Shown: piece after piece, positions 14,301 to 27,900 of the stretch | Position numbering within the stretch: the first letter of the stretch is position 1 | How the letters are laid out: each line of letters begins with the position of its first letter | Translations under genes and position numbers: made by a program | Origin: Lingula anatina | Lineage: Eukaryota > Animalia > Brachiopoda | DNA: 64,000 nucleotides | NCBI GenBank assembly: GCA_051362555.1 | Contig: CM120645.1 | Span: forward strand, 8,246,001 to 8,310,000 | Reading direction: 5' to 3' | Notes under the pieces: model-generated | Seen by the model: the letters and a program-made list of their open reading frames with translations, nothing else | Databases searched by the model: none | What the model was told of the DNA's origin: nothing

Positions 14301-17300
14301 TGGACTTGAAAATATCTCGGATTTTGAACCCACTGATAATGACCGTTGCATTTTCAGTAACTTCATATGCTAGTGTGAAACAACCTAATTTGCTTGAAAT
14401 TAATAAGGAAATGTAATATTTATACCCTTTTTGATATGAAAATTATTTCAGTATGTTGTGTAATATTGATATCAGTGTTCTTCCAGTTGGATGTCATTAT
14501 GACCTTCCTAACAGTTTTCAAACTAACTAATTTGGATTTTCTTACATAATAATCAAGGTGGATATATCTTATTACAAGTTATCAGTTTACAGCTGTTTTT
14601 TTTTTTTTTTTTTTTTTTCTACACTCGGATGGCTCATTCACAGTGTGTATAGATGGATACTGTAACCCTTCACCTTTATATGTGTAAAAAAATTAATCAT
14701 TTTAAATTTTATAGGAAATGCATATCGTTATAATTATAGATAAGTAAACAAGACAATCATCAGTTTATGTTCAGGAAAAAAATATTTTTATTAGTTTGTG
14801 CATGAGAGGTTTATGCATTACAGAATTTTAGTAGATAAATTAGAAAAATGAGAAGAATCCCATTTTTTAATTCATTTGTTATGAAAAGTCTGCAATCAGT
14901 TCATGCCTATATTTAGGTAAGATCTCACTAGATAATAAAATTTGTTCTTCTTGTAATGCATTTTTAGTAGGCGGTGCGAGATTCAAATAAAGAACAGACT
15001 GATAAGTGTAAAACTTTGTCAACTGTTAAAGTCAGCAATCTGCACTTAGATGCTTTGAGATTTTTGTACGATCATATTCTGTCGTCATTTCTACTTGTAA
15101 AATATGCTCTGTTGCTATAGTTATCATGTATCTGTATGATTGTATAATTGTCCTCCAAATGTGAATTAAAAGAAATGAACTTGAGATCAAAATTTGAAAG
15201 TAATTGTTTCTTTTATTTATAAAAAATGAAAACATGCTGCAAAAATAAGTTTTGCTTTTTGTTTCTACTTAATTGCATGGTTTGCAGATTGCTGCTTTTT
15301 TATTTGAATATTTTTTGCTATGTTTGGTTCACAGTTTGTAGTGCCATCCATTAAGCCTTTTATAGTAACTTCATAGAGTGTATAATTGTTTTGTGAATGT
15401 TGTTGTTTTATCATTGTTATTTGAGTTGATCTAACTTTAAGTGTTAAAATTCAGGTAATCTCTTTCCACGTGTCTCATTTCTCTTTTGCATGCACCAGAT
15501 TGTAAACTTTTATTTATTTATTTTTAAAGATGCTCACTTGTATAACACTTTATAACATTTACCTTGATTTTGGCCTTACAAAATATCCCATATGTTGCCA
15601 TCTTACACGCATGCACGTTGGTGAAAATTTTTAATTAAAAAAAGCTCTTGTTTTTAACTAGCAGCTTGTATCAACTGCTACAAAGCCTTTTGTTAGCATG
15701 AAAAAAAAAATAGCAATACATTTATTATAAGTAAAGATGGTAACAAGTTCAGTATTGTAGGATGTTGGCTATCTGGGTCTTTTAAATCTTCTTAAAAATA
15801 TAATATTTACATATTGATATGTTAACTGCATTATAAAATTTATTATTACATGTATGCCAGTAACTTTGCTATTGAGTTGGTAATATTGAAAGTTTTCTTC
15901 ATATCTAGTTTGTATGTCGTTTATTTTAATATTTCTGTCATTTATTTTTGCCTTAAATGTATTAGCTAACAGTCTTTAGATAGAGAATGGATCATTCCAC
16001 AAAAATTGACTCCATGAGTCACGTCACTGAGGAACACATTTTGTGAAATATTTGCATAACTCTTATATCACTTTTTAATTACTGTTTCTTATAATGTCTT
16101 TGATGGTGATATAGTATAAAACAGCAAAAATATTGTGACAAGTTAGAATTATGCAGGTATTATACAATTGATGTGACTCGGAGTCACTATTTTGTGAAAT
16201 AACCCAAATACCTTGATGATATGGGGAAATCCTGATTTATGGGATGAGGGGAATACTGTAGATCATATTTAATTGAAATTAAAAGGATGTTCAGTTTAAA
16301 TCTGGTTGATAAATAACACTTAACTAGTTACTAATATTTACTAATATCTTACACTAATAATAGAATAATAAACCTGTCCTATTAAAATTTATAATGGATA
16401 TATTAAAAGAGAACTAGATGGTGGGGGAAGGAGGGATAAGCAGAAAGCCATGTTGATTTTTCTTCCAGTCTTAAGGCTTGATTTAATGTCACATTTTTTA
16501 ATGTCAATTTTGATTTGGTTTGTACATATTGACCTTATACTTGACCATTTTTGTCAAAAATAATGTTAAGCTTCTCAAATATGTTAATATTCTCATTAGT
16601 GGTAAAAAGCAACTTTGATGCCAGTTGTAAGTGATGAACATGCACTTAAAAGATGAGAAGACTGAAAACAGCTGCAATGCTTTACCCGCCATAAAGCAAA
16701 CAGGGGAGGGGGGGCAGGCTTAAAGCTACACAGTTCCCAAATTTAGAGGGCTCCGAAAAGATAGTTACTTACTAGCATCCTGTTTCTGTATAAACTGTAT
16801 TGCAGTGATTTTAACTTTTATTATAACTTTTAATTCACTTCTTGAAATTGGTCTCTTGTGTTATTCGGTGCAGGGTATTTAGCACTATAATATACATCGT
16901 CATTTAACACTAACAGGTGCAACAACACATCTCTAACAGGTGCACATTCTTGTGCGGATGCTGTTGTGTAGAACTGATTACGTTACCTGTATTTGTTTGT
17001 CAGAGGAGTTGGAGATTTGGGGAATTGGAGGCTGAAAAAAAATTTATTCACATAGTTCTAGCACTTGGTGGCCATGGTGAAGGCTAAAAATGTTTAAAGA
17101 ATAATTGTAGGAAATAGTCACTTGATTGCAATTTCATATGTAAATCTGTTGACTAGTTGGCTGTGAAATTACTAGAATATGGAATATTTTATTCAAAATA
17201 TTTTATGTGGCTTACAAGCATTTCTGTGAAAAAAAAAAGAGAGAGAGAGAGAGAGAACTGGACTCCAGAGTTAAGAATTTAGATCCCCTGTCTTCATAAA

Positions 17301-20300
17301 CTTTTGTTTGACTTAAACGCTGTATCAATGTTCAATCCAGGTGTTTTTTGTTCCAAATTCCCCATTGGATTTAAAGAGTTGGTGTCACAAGATTCAAAAT
17401 TACTATTGTTGGAATTTTGCTCCAAGGCTGGGAAACCATTTTAAAAGGGGGATTGTAACAGGTGTGAAGGTCACATCCAGTCTCAATCTAAAATATTCCA
17501 ATGAATTGTTTGATGTCTTCCTAAGAAATGACCCTGGTTTTTGCGATTAACCAATTAATGGGTTAATTCTAAAAAGTCTGCCTCTGCAGTATCTGAAAGA
17601 ACAGGGTTTACAGTTCACCAAAGAAAAATGTTTACATCTGCTTATCACGTCTGCTTTGTAAACCTTGCTTTGGATAAAAAGTCTTCTCTTTTACTATTAA
17701 CCTTGAACTTTTTATGGAAGCTTCTCAGTTTATCAAAACAAACCATAAAATAAAACTTTTCACTGTTGCTTTGTTAACTACTATACAGATGTTCCATTTA
17801 ATGTATGAAAACAATGTTTTTGATTTGGCTTCATGTATACAGACTTCAGTTTTTATGGGTTTGTTTGAAATATTGAGAATCTGAAAAGTCCTTCATTCTA
17901 TTGAAATTACTTGTATTTTAAGCGTGTTCTTATGGATTACCTTTTTAGTTGACAGATGGCTGCTTTCTGTGATATTTCTCTTTATCATTTTTTGGGGAAT
18001 TTTTGTTTGCATCTAATCTCAACTAGCCTTCCTGTAATTTCTGCTGTATTTGAATTGTTTTTGTTTAAATGTTTCAGTATCTGTCAGTGCTTGTGGCCAA
18101 TGTGACATCATTCCAAACTCCTATTGTTAGTCTCAAAAAGTGTTGAAAGAAAAAAGGGAAAAACATTGAAATCATTGGTACCGTTAAAGAATGCAGGAAA
18201 TATTGTAAATATTGTGTGCAGCTGAAGTTCTTAACTATCTTGGCTTGTAGAATATTCATTTTTGACCAAAAAAAAAATTACTTTGAAGAAAGTGGATTTT
18301 TGTGTTCTGTAGATATGTCACCAAAGTGGCCGAAAATTAACAAACAAATTCAGCAAAGTGCATCAGTTTTTAATAAGCTAAAATTATCTGTACTTTAAGT
18401 TTCTTCTCGCGGGATGTCACTTGGCTCTTAAATTTGTTCCCAAGTTTGATGCTTGCAGTGTGCAATTTTTTCCAGCAGCTCCCTAGCGACCCAAATCGCC
18501 CGATGTCCTCTTCCGACAACAACCTGGATTTTCTAGGTCAGGAAATGGCTGACCTTCAAGAGTTGCTTGTTTCCATGGCAACAGGTAAAGGGATAGAAAT
18601 ACAATTTACACACACGTAGAGAAAAAGTGCATTTGTATACTCTCATAAATAGTTTGTAGTTCTTAATTAATGTTTAGTGTTCTGTTGAGTGACTTAGCGG
18701 CTAAAAAGTCATGGCAAGCAGTATTTCAAAGCAATGGTATTAATATGGAATGCAGAATTGGCGTTGTGCTTACAAAAATTAATCTGGTCTGTAATGCAAA
18801 AATTTAATTTGGCTATTATTAACAGCAATTTGAAATGTCTAGATTGAACAGGTGAAAAAACAGTTGCACCAGTACAAATGAGAAATTGAATTTAATCGCC
18901 ATTCAAAAATATCTGTTGACAAATGAAATTTTGAAAGAGGCCCTCACCTTGAAATAGTATCATTTAGTCAAGATATACGTTTTAAACATTGGATGCATCC
19001 TCTCCCCATATGTGAGTATCAATATTCTGCGATAGTGCTCTGCACTTTGAAAATTGGCTCATTCCATTTTAATCAAAGAAATACTTTTAAGGACTTTCAA
19101 ATATCAGACTGCACCATATGTTTTAGATAAAGCCCAGCTAACTGTCATTAACATAATTAAACAAAATAAAAGCACATGAAATAGCCATCCCAGTCGGATA
19201 ACATTATTGGATGCACTAGTAGAGTCACAAGAGATTTTGTATGTTGAGAAGAAACTGGTATCGAGAATCTATTTCTATCCCTTTTACCTTTCATTGTATG
19301 CAATTGGCATCATAAGAGGAAAAGAATGCTGCTTTTACTTATTACTTAGATATTTGCTGTGCATGGTTTGCATTGCTAGTGCAGTTTATAGGCAGCAGTG
19401 AAAACGCCCCGAGTGTCAGATCTGTAAAAGTGACTTTTCTCTGTACAAAATGTGAAGAAAGTCACTTCCAGCCTCCCGGAACTCTGGGTATGAGAAGATA
19501 AGCAAGAATAGATCTGGCAATTGTGTGAGATTTTGAATTGTGCCTTTAGCTAAGCAACCAGGAAAAGATTTGACATCAAATGATATCTCATGGTACTGTA
19601 AAGGAAAGTTGATTGCATTGCATCATGGGCATCCATGGGAGATTTTTCAAGAGGTGAACAGCGTAATGATAAAGCTTTCAAAGTTGGCTGGATTGACTTA
19701 TGATGAGGTTTTTGCTCAGAAGACTGCAATCAGCTCTGCCTTCCATTTGATATCATTTGACTTTTGTAAAGCTCCTCTCTGTAACATTTAGACACACAGT
19801 CAGACCCAAACTGGTTAAGATATGAATTGTGTCACCAGTCAACCTAAATGACATACGAGGGATCCAAGTGAATTAATGTTGAGAATGCACCCAGATGTAA
19901 AAAAGGGGGGGGGGGGGAGGTGAAACACAGAAACTTCTAACCAGTCTGGGCCGAAAATCTGTCTGAACATACCTACAGTGAAGGGAGTGTTGGCGCATTT
20001 TGCCTCGCTGCATGTCATTTGATTGGATGGATTGTTGATTTGATACAAAGTAACTGCATGACAATTTATAGTCGCTTTTGATCTTTTCAGCAGCATGAGT
20101 TTAGACAAAAACAAAATAAATTAATAAATAAATAAAATATAATGCAGAAATTTTGCAGTGGTGAAGTTTTTTTGAAGTGATTTCATTATTGTATTTGCAG
20201 TGTGCAAAGAATAATTTCATTGTGCAAGGTGATGGAAAATAAAGTAAAGGGGGAGATTCTTGAACAAGAGTATTTTTATATCGTGAGTCTTGCTAGCATC

Positions 20301-21889
20301 AGAATTTTCACCAAATGCTTTTTTTTATTGCAAATTTGTGAAAAGATAATTATTTGGTGAAATAAAATATGTGTTTAGCTGACCTTAGCATTTTAGATGG
20401 GGGTGGGTTAAAGTATTTTTTTCTTTCTTTGAGGGGGAAGGGTAAACTCTCACTCACCCCAACAATGTAAGTTTTTGTAGGAAAATTTTAATTAAAACAT
20501 CTCCTGTGTCAAAGTTTCAAAGTGGAACTCTTCCCTCCCTACCCCTCATAAATCCTGGATTGCCTCTGGATTTTTTTACATTGATTGATTTTATATTAAG
20601 TAACCTGAGTGTTGATATCTTTTTTTATTTATATATAAAATGGAAGGATATGCATTACTTAACATGTTTTATGCAAATTATGTTGAAAGTTTTCATGCGC
20701 ATAGGGCATTTGTGCTTTTATAATATTAACTACTTTAACTTGTTATTCCCACATGTTACTGCATTTGACTGTTACAAAAGAGCCAAACTAAAGAGTATTT
20801 ATTGTTTCTTTTGCACATCTCATCTCAGGTTTAGAATGAATGGTAAAATAGGTGGAATTTGCACAGTATTTAGGGCCATCCCATGGGTTTTATCTATCTG
20901 TTTTTATGTTATTTTCAAAGGGGGGTTGGGTGTGAACCTTACAAGTTACGTATGCATTCACTTTTGCAGATCCTCTTGATATATTTTACTCACAAATTTA
21001 TAAGAAGATACTTAAAATAAGTTACAGAGCCAAGTTTTTACTAAATGGTAAAAAGTTCATTTTATGACGTGGATGAAGAAGATTATAGAGTAATATTCTA
21101 CCCTTGGGATGGCTTCAAATTCACATTTTATGAATGTTTAAATGTTGCATAAGTTACGCTATATGTATGTGATACTTGTTACTCTATATTGATGGCCTTT
21201 GTTTTCATCATTCATCCCTACCCTTATCCCATTTTTCTCCCTGTTCCATCATTTAGCCCACGTCACATTTTTGGTAGGCATGAGTTACAGTTCATCTGCT
21301 TGTATATCTGGCAGGAGCTGCCACAGTATCTGGTTAATCAAGTTTTTTTTTTTTTATTAATTAATTAATTAATTAATTTTTTCTGTAGACTAGTTTACCA
21401 GTAAAGCTCCAGGGTTGCTGACATGAGCTTTTTTTGAGAATAAAATGTCCATTGATTTGTTGTTTTTGAGAATGATTTGTACAGAAGAATTGTTCTTAAT
21501 GAATGGATTTCCTATCCTCAAAACCCAAGCGGGGGGAGTCCCAAACCAGAAGTATGTTTTGTGGTAGACATTGTCTTATCTGTTTTTCTATGTAAAAGGA
21601 AACGAACACTCAAAATAATACACGCATGGAGTAACATCATATCTCAGTTTTTTCATCCCAAATGTGTCCGTAAAATATGACCCAGGCGCTGGTCTGTTGA
21701 ATGCCCCGATTTTTATGTGCATTTATTGAGCCTTAGACTTTTGTGAGTGTACGGTATATAAAATAGAATGTGCCAGGATTGGTCTACCTACTTGATTTAC
21801 TTTTGGTTGGGAGGTCATCTTCTTTGGAGAAAAAGAATGCATGACATAGTCAGAACATGCAACCCTGGCGTTTTCCCCATCTTTTTATT

Positions 21890-21924
<35 letters not shown>

Positions 21925-24900
21925 TTGAAAATTGTTCATTAGTGATTGATGAACAGTTTTGCCATTAGTAAACTTGGTAGAAAAGTAAAGAATGGAACAA
22001 GTTGTTTTGTTTGCTGTAAACTGTTGAATGAAGTACTTTTTGTTGTATTATTCTGTTTTACGTTTTACCTTATCAGATTGACCATGTAGCATATTTGTGT
22101 ATTGAAGAATTTCCCTTATTTAGAGAGTTATAGCAACAGCAACCCTTAATTTATCACTAGAGTGATCCCACTTTCCCTTCTTGTTTCATTATAGTTGTTG
22201 TCTAGATCCTAGCAAAGAATTTGAAATAGTTCAAAACACATAGGAAGTATTGTGAAGTTTTGATATAATTGTTATTTTTAATTGTTTACATTTTTGAAAT
22301 GACTTCCCTATCTGAACTGTTTTGAGTTAAGTTAATGAAGGTAGGATTTGACAGGTTCATTAAGATTTAACTGTGAAATGTTCTGTCAAAGCTACCTTTT
22401 CAGTACTGTAACAGTAACACAAAATTTCAATATTTAAGATGACTATCTGAATACAAGATTATGGAACTTTTTGATGGTGATAATTTACACATTTGATGTA
22501 AAAAAGGCTGTCAAAACTTGAAAATTTTAAATTGACTTAAAGATATCAGTTTAAGACTACTTATGACTAGGGTGATGGTATTTAGTTTAAAATTAAATTT
22601 GAACTGCCAAGTTTTCATACTGTTGGTTAAGATATAACAGGTGGATTTAAAAAAAACCTACATCGAAACTTTCAACTTTTCAAAAACTAACCACTTTTTT
22701 TTTTTCAAACTTTCAGGTGAGAGTGGTCCATCTAGTTTAGAAGATCAGAGTTTAGCATCACCATCATTATCATCGACAACATCATCAACAAATTCATCAA
22801 ATGCAATGTCATCAACATCATCATTTACCTCATCGGTTCTAGCATCACAAGATGGACCATCTGCCCAAGTTCTTCAACTCTCTTATCAAGGAAATTCTAG
22901 TGAACTTCAGAAAGTTTTAACGGAAAATGGTCTGGACCTTACTGCTGAGGTAGATGGAAAAAATGCTCTCCATTTAGCTGTTGAGTGTGGGCATTTTGGT
23001 AAGTTTGATTCATATTTAAGTTAATTTAAGAAATTTCTAGTAAATAGTGAGATTTTTTTAACATTACATTTTTTGGCATTGCAGGGAATGTTTTACTTTG
23101 TATTTTGTTTGTGCACAAAATTTTTCCTTGTATCATGTAAAATTTTGTCTAAGTTTGTTGGAATGAAACTTTTCTTTTTATTCTAGAATGTTTGAAACTG
23201 CTTCTTGAACATGGCGCTAATCCTAATACAAGTGGCAAAACTGATGGATTGACACCATTGCATGCTGCTGCAAAACTTGGGCAGTATGGGTAGGTAATAG
23301 CAATGACCTAGATAGGGAGGTCAAGGTTGAAATTACCTTGAGAGAGAGGTCATTATAGGTATTTTCAGTGCTAAATTATCAAAAAAGAAATATGATTTGG
23401 TATTTCAGTTTTTGAATGGCTGATATAATTCCAAACATAATATTTACACATTCAAACATTAAATGTACTATATGTACATGAATCAGTGTTAATTTTTGGG
23501 ATTCATTTTTTTTTTTTTTTCACTTCCAGCTGCCTGAAGCTCCTGCTTGACCATCATGCTAAGATTAACTGCCTTGACCACCAGGGCTGGACCCCACTGG
23601 TGTGGTCAGCTTATAGTGGACACACAGATATATGTAAACTGTTACTAGACTCAGGGGCTAGGCTGGACATTAAAACTAGTGTAAGTCTGGGTGGTCTTAA
23701 AGGGATAACAACTCTTTGTATGTGATCCATATTTCACAATAAATACGTTATAAACAACTCAGAAATGTAAATTCTATTTTACCACCAAAAGAAAAAAAAA
23801 AGCAGGGACTAACTTTGAATGTCGGAACAGATTCATTAACTATTGGTATGGGAAAAGTCTCTTTTTACCCCAGGCAAACCCATTTTTTGTCCAGATGAAC
23901 AGTTGTTATCCCTTTAATGTAATGATCTGAATCAAAGTGAAAAGAAAGTGCTGTGTTGCAGTCATTATTTTAGTTATCGTACATTGTTGTAAATAAATAT
24001 GATATTGTCAGTCCAGAAGTTGCGTGTACAAAATGCTGTGGACACTATATGTACACATTTTTATATTGGTGATTTTCAAATCTACATAAATTCTATATAT
24101 TTCAAGCACAAGCACACTAGATATTTTTTCTTACTTGACTGTGGGATGACTATGATTTTCAATTATGGAAGAAGGAGGAGTTGGGTGGGGGGGGGGGGGG
24201 GTAGATAGGAGTTGGACTAATACAAGAAGTCACACTCTGTGAACACCCAAAAGATTATATTTCCATGATGTGACTATATATTAATAATTCTCTATATATC
24301 ACAGGAGGGCTGGACATGTGCACACGCAGCCACTCAGGCTGGACACACAGAATGTATAGAGCTGCTGCTGACATACAAACAGGGAAGCCAGTTCCGCTCA
24401 TCGCCAAAACCAACCAGCCAATCAGCACCCTTGGCTGAGCTTTACGACATCGTCAACGTTGCGGATGTAGAGGGCAGGACTATAGCACATATGGCAGCTA
24501 TGAAAGAAACAAAGGTATAATCATAAAATTAAAAGACCTACCATTTTTCTAGGACTGCTTGGCCCATGATGACCTCTTGCTTTGTTATAAAAGTTCTCTC
24601 TGGTTTTTAATCAGTTTAATGGTCATAAAATTCTAAGACCTGCCATCTTTTCATGACTGTTTGACCTTGATGACCTCTCATTGTGCTATCAGAAATCTTT
24701 GTGTTTTGTAATCAGATTAATGTTCATAAAATTCAAAGACCTGACATCTCTCTAGAACTCTTTGACCTTGATGACCTCTCACTTTGTTATCACAGTTCTC
24801 TCTGCTTTTTGATCAGTTTAATGGTCATAAAATTAAAAGACCTGCTCTCAATCTCTCTAGGACTGCATGACCTTGATGACCTCTCACTTTGTTATTATAC

Positions 24901-27900
24901 AAGTTCTCTCTGGATTTTAATCAGTTTAATGATCTTAAAACTCTAAGACCTGCCATCTTTCCAGGACTGCTTGACCTTGATGACCACTCACTGTGACTTA
25001 GATCTGGACTGCCGGGACAAGAATGGGAGAACAGTGTATGATGTGGCCTCCAAGGCCTGCAAAGAGTTACTGGAGAGCCTGGGTAAGAAAAGCCTGGCCA
25101 AGGGCACTATATGTCATATAAAGAAATTTTAAGTTAAAAGGCCCTTTTCACTTTTTGTTCCTCTTTTTTTTTTTTTTTTTTGTCTTCTATTTCTTCTTCT
25201 TGGTCTGTTTTATGAACAACAAATTTTGCACTTAAACAAATAACAAGTCAGAGATTCACAGGACTTCCTTGCCATGTGATATATATTAATAGTATTAAGA
25301 AGTACAAATAAGGTCAGTTTTGATGAAATTCTTCTTTACTATATTTCACCAGGACCAAAGAATGACAAAATGTGCACAGTTTGTATAGACATTGAGAGAA
25401 ACCCCAACCACATCCACAACGAGCCACTTCATTACACAGTAGGCGTTATCAAAGTTATGGCAGACACATCGTGGCCAACCCTGGAGGAGAAGCTGGGCGA
25501 TGTCCTATCCCATCACTTTAAGACTCTAGCAACAGGGTTAAAAACAAAGAAGACAACTCGTCTTGAGCATGATTCCCCATCCCCAGATAGTGGACCTTAC
25601 ACCCTGGCTTTGTCCATGGATAGTGTGAAGTCATATTCCATTGGTGAGGTTTAAAAAATATTTTGTTGTTTTTATTTCTGAATCAGTTAAATTGACCTTT
25701 AACGAAAGAGTTAACAAAAGGTTGATCTGTTTTAGATTGTTGATTCTTGAAGTAAAAAGAAAAAAAGAGGACATGTTGAATTGATCATTTCAGTTGATTA
25801 AAAGTGTTTAACTTTACAATTGTAAAACCAAATACAAAAGTAGTAAACACGCTCAAAGTGGAGCATGTCCATTTTGCATTGAAATTATCTGCTGTTTTCC
25901 CTTTTGCCCTAATCTGTGTATTGGGTTTTTAAGTAGGCATGTCTGTTTTTTATTCCAGGTCAGCACAGTTGGTCTCCTGGCACCCCTTCCACAAAATCCC
26001 CTTTTGAAATCCTTTGTAATAATGAGACTAAGAAGATATCTATAGAACTGTTTGGTGAGTTTTTTAATTGGAAAAAACATAAAAAAGGATGTGTGAATAA
26101 TAGTAAAACCTTCAAGTTTACAGATTTGAATATTTGTACATGAAAACCATCTGCTATGCAAAATGTGGTTGTTTTTACACCCTTGTCATCGAAAGGAAAA
26201 GAAATAAGCTTAAGATTGAATAGAAAATACTTCATATTAATTATATTGATTATTTTATAGTTATTTTTTAATTTGTCAGGCTGTGAAGATGGCTGTCAGG
26301 ATGCGTTATCTTATGAAACCCTCATCCCAGCAACAACACTACAGAATTATCTCAGACTGGTGAGTTATACATTGGAAGCTAGCTGTTATATCCATTCTTC
26401 AAAAATTTAAGATATTTATAATTGTTTATATTTATAATTGTTTCTACTATAAAACTTAACTACTATATAATGGCATAATTTAGATAAACATCTCATGTAG
26501 CTTCCCCTAATAGGCAAACACCTTAAAAGTGCCCTGACTTCATTAGTTTCATTTATATAAATGGTGCTGTATGTTTTAATATTAATTCTGCACATGAATC
26601 ATCTCTTTCAGATTGAACAGTACAAGAATGTTGTTTTCTATGGTCCCGTAGGATCAAGTAAAACCTACCTGGCTCGTACTCTGGCATACTGCATACAGGT
26701 ATATACATTGTTTTTGAATAGCATGTTTACAATGTTCAACACTTTATATGATACAATCCATTTATATTAATGGTTAACTGCTATTATAATTGATTTGCAT
26801 GCCAGCCATTGGAGACGTTTGTTTATCATGGCAACAGATTTGCACAGTATGTGGAATATGAAAATAAAGTCCTCTCTTACAAAGTGAAAATACTATATTT
26901 TGGAAATTGGAGCATCATGTTGGCATACATACTGAAAATGCGTAGATATATGTACATAAAATGAGTGATAAGTTCACATTAGAATAACCGAGTCATCAGA
27001 AATCAAGAAAAAATAATTTCATTGATAAAACATCCATTTTACAGGTCCGAGAGCGTAACTGTGGTCACTCAACAGAAATCTCCTTCTTGGCCTTCACTCC
27101 AGCCATGAAGAAGGCTGACCTTTACCACTTCCTGATGACCACTGGTGGACTGCTGCCTGCAGAGACTGCCCCTCCGTCAAAGAAATCTCCAATCCTTATT
27201 TTAGATGATCTCAGCAAGATCAATATTTCCGACATATTTGGTGATTTGTTGCCTGCTTTAGAACAAAGAGGGCCTAAGAATTCTGTTGGTCTGAAATTAG
27301 GTAGGTAAAATTTATTTTTATATATTATTTTATGAAGGTTGTATAATGTTTGATACCTTAAGTTGAAATCAAATGAAAAAGCAGGTCATGAATTTCATGT
27401 TGATGACCTCGTTTCAAATGTGATAAAACTACTTCTAGGAGTTAATACAGTAAGTGCTGCATAATTTAACTTGAACTTCCATTCATTTCAAAATTTTGTA
27501 GATTCTTTTTAATTTTTCTTTGGTATTATTTGAAAGTTATGAATATAACCCAGCTGCAGGGAATCTCAACTTGAGCAAATATTCCGTTCCCAAAGTGTTC
27601 AAGTGTGTACTTAAGGTTTTGTCTACATAAATGATGATAAAAATTGTCCTATTATGGTTACACCAACTCTACAATTTAAGTGTAATTGTGTCAGATTCCT
27701 TAAAAACATATTTTATGTTTCAGACAATAAACCACTAGGTTCTTTCTACCTGACTGAGAACTGTTATATAATAGGAACCATGGACAGAACCAGGTAGGAA
27801 AAATTGTGATATGAAAATAAGTGAAATTTCAACTGTTTATTGAGGATGTAAAGAAAAGACTTATACCTAATGAATTCTTGCTAATTTTAATTGCAATCAG

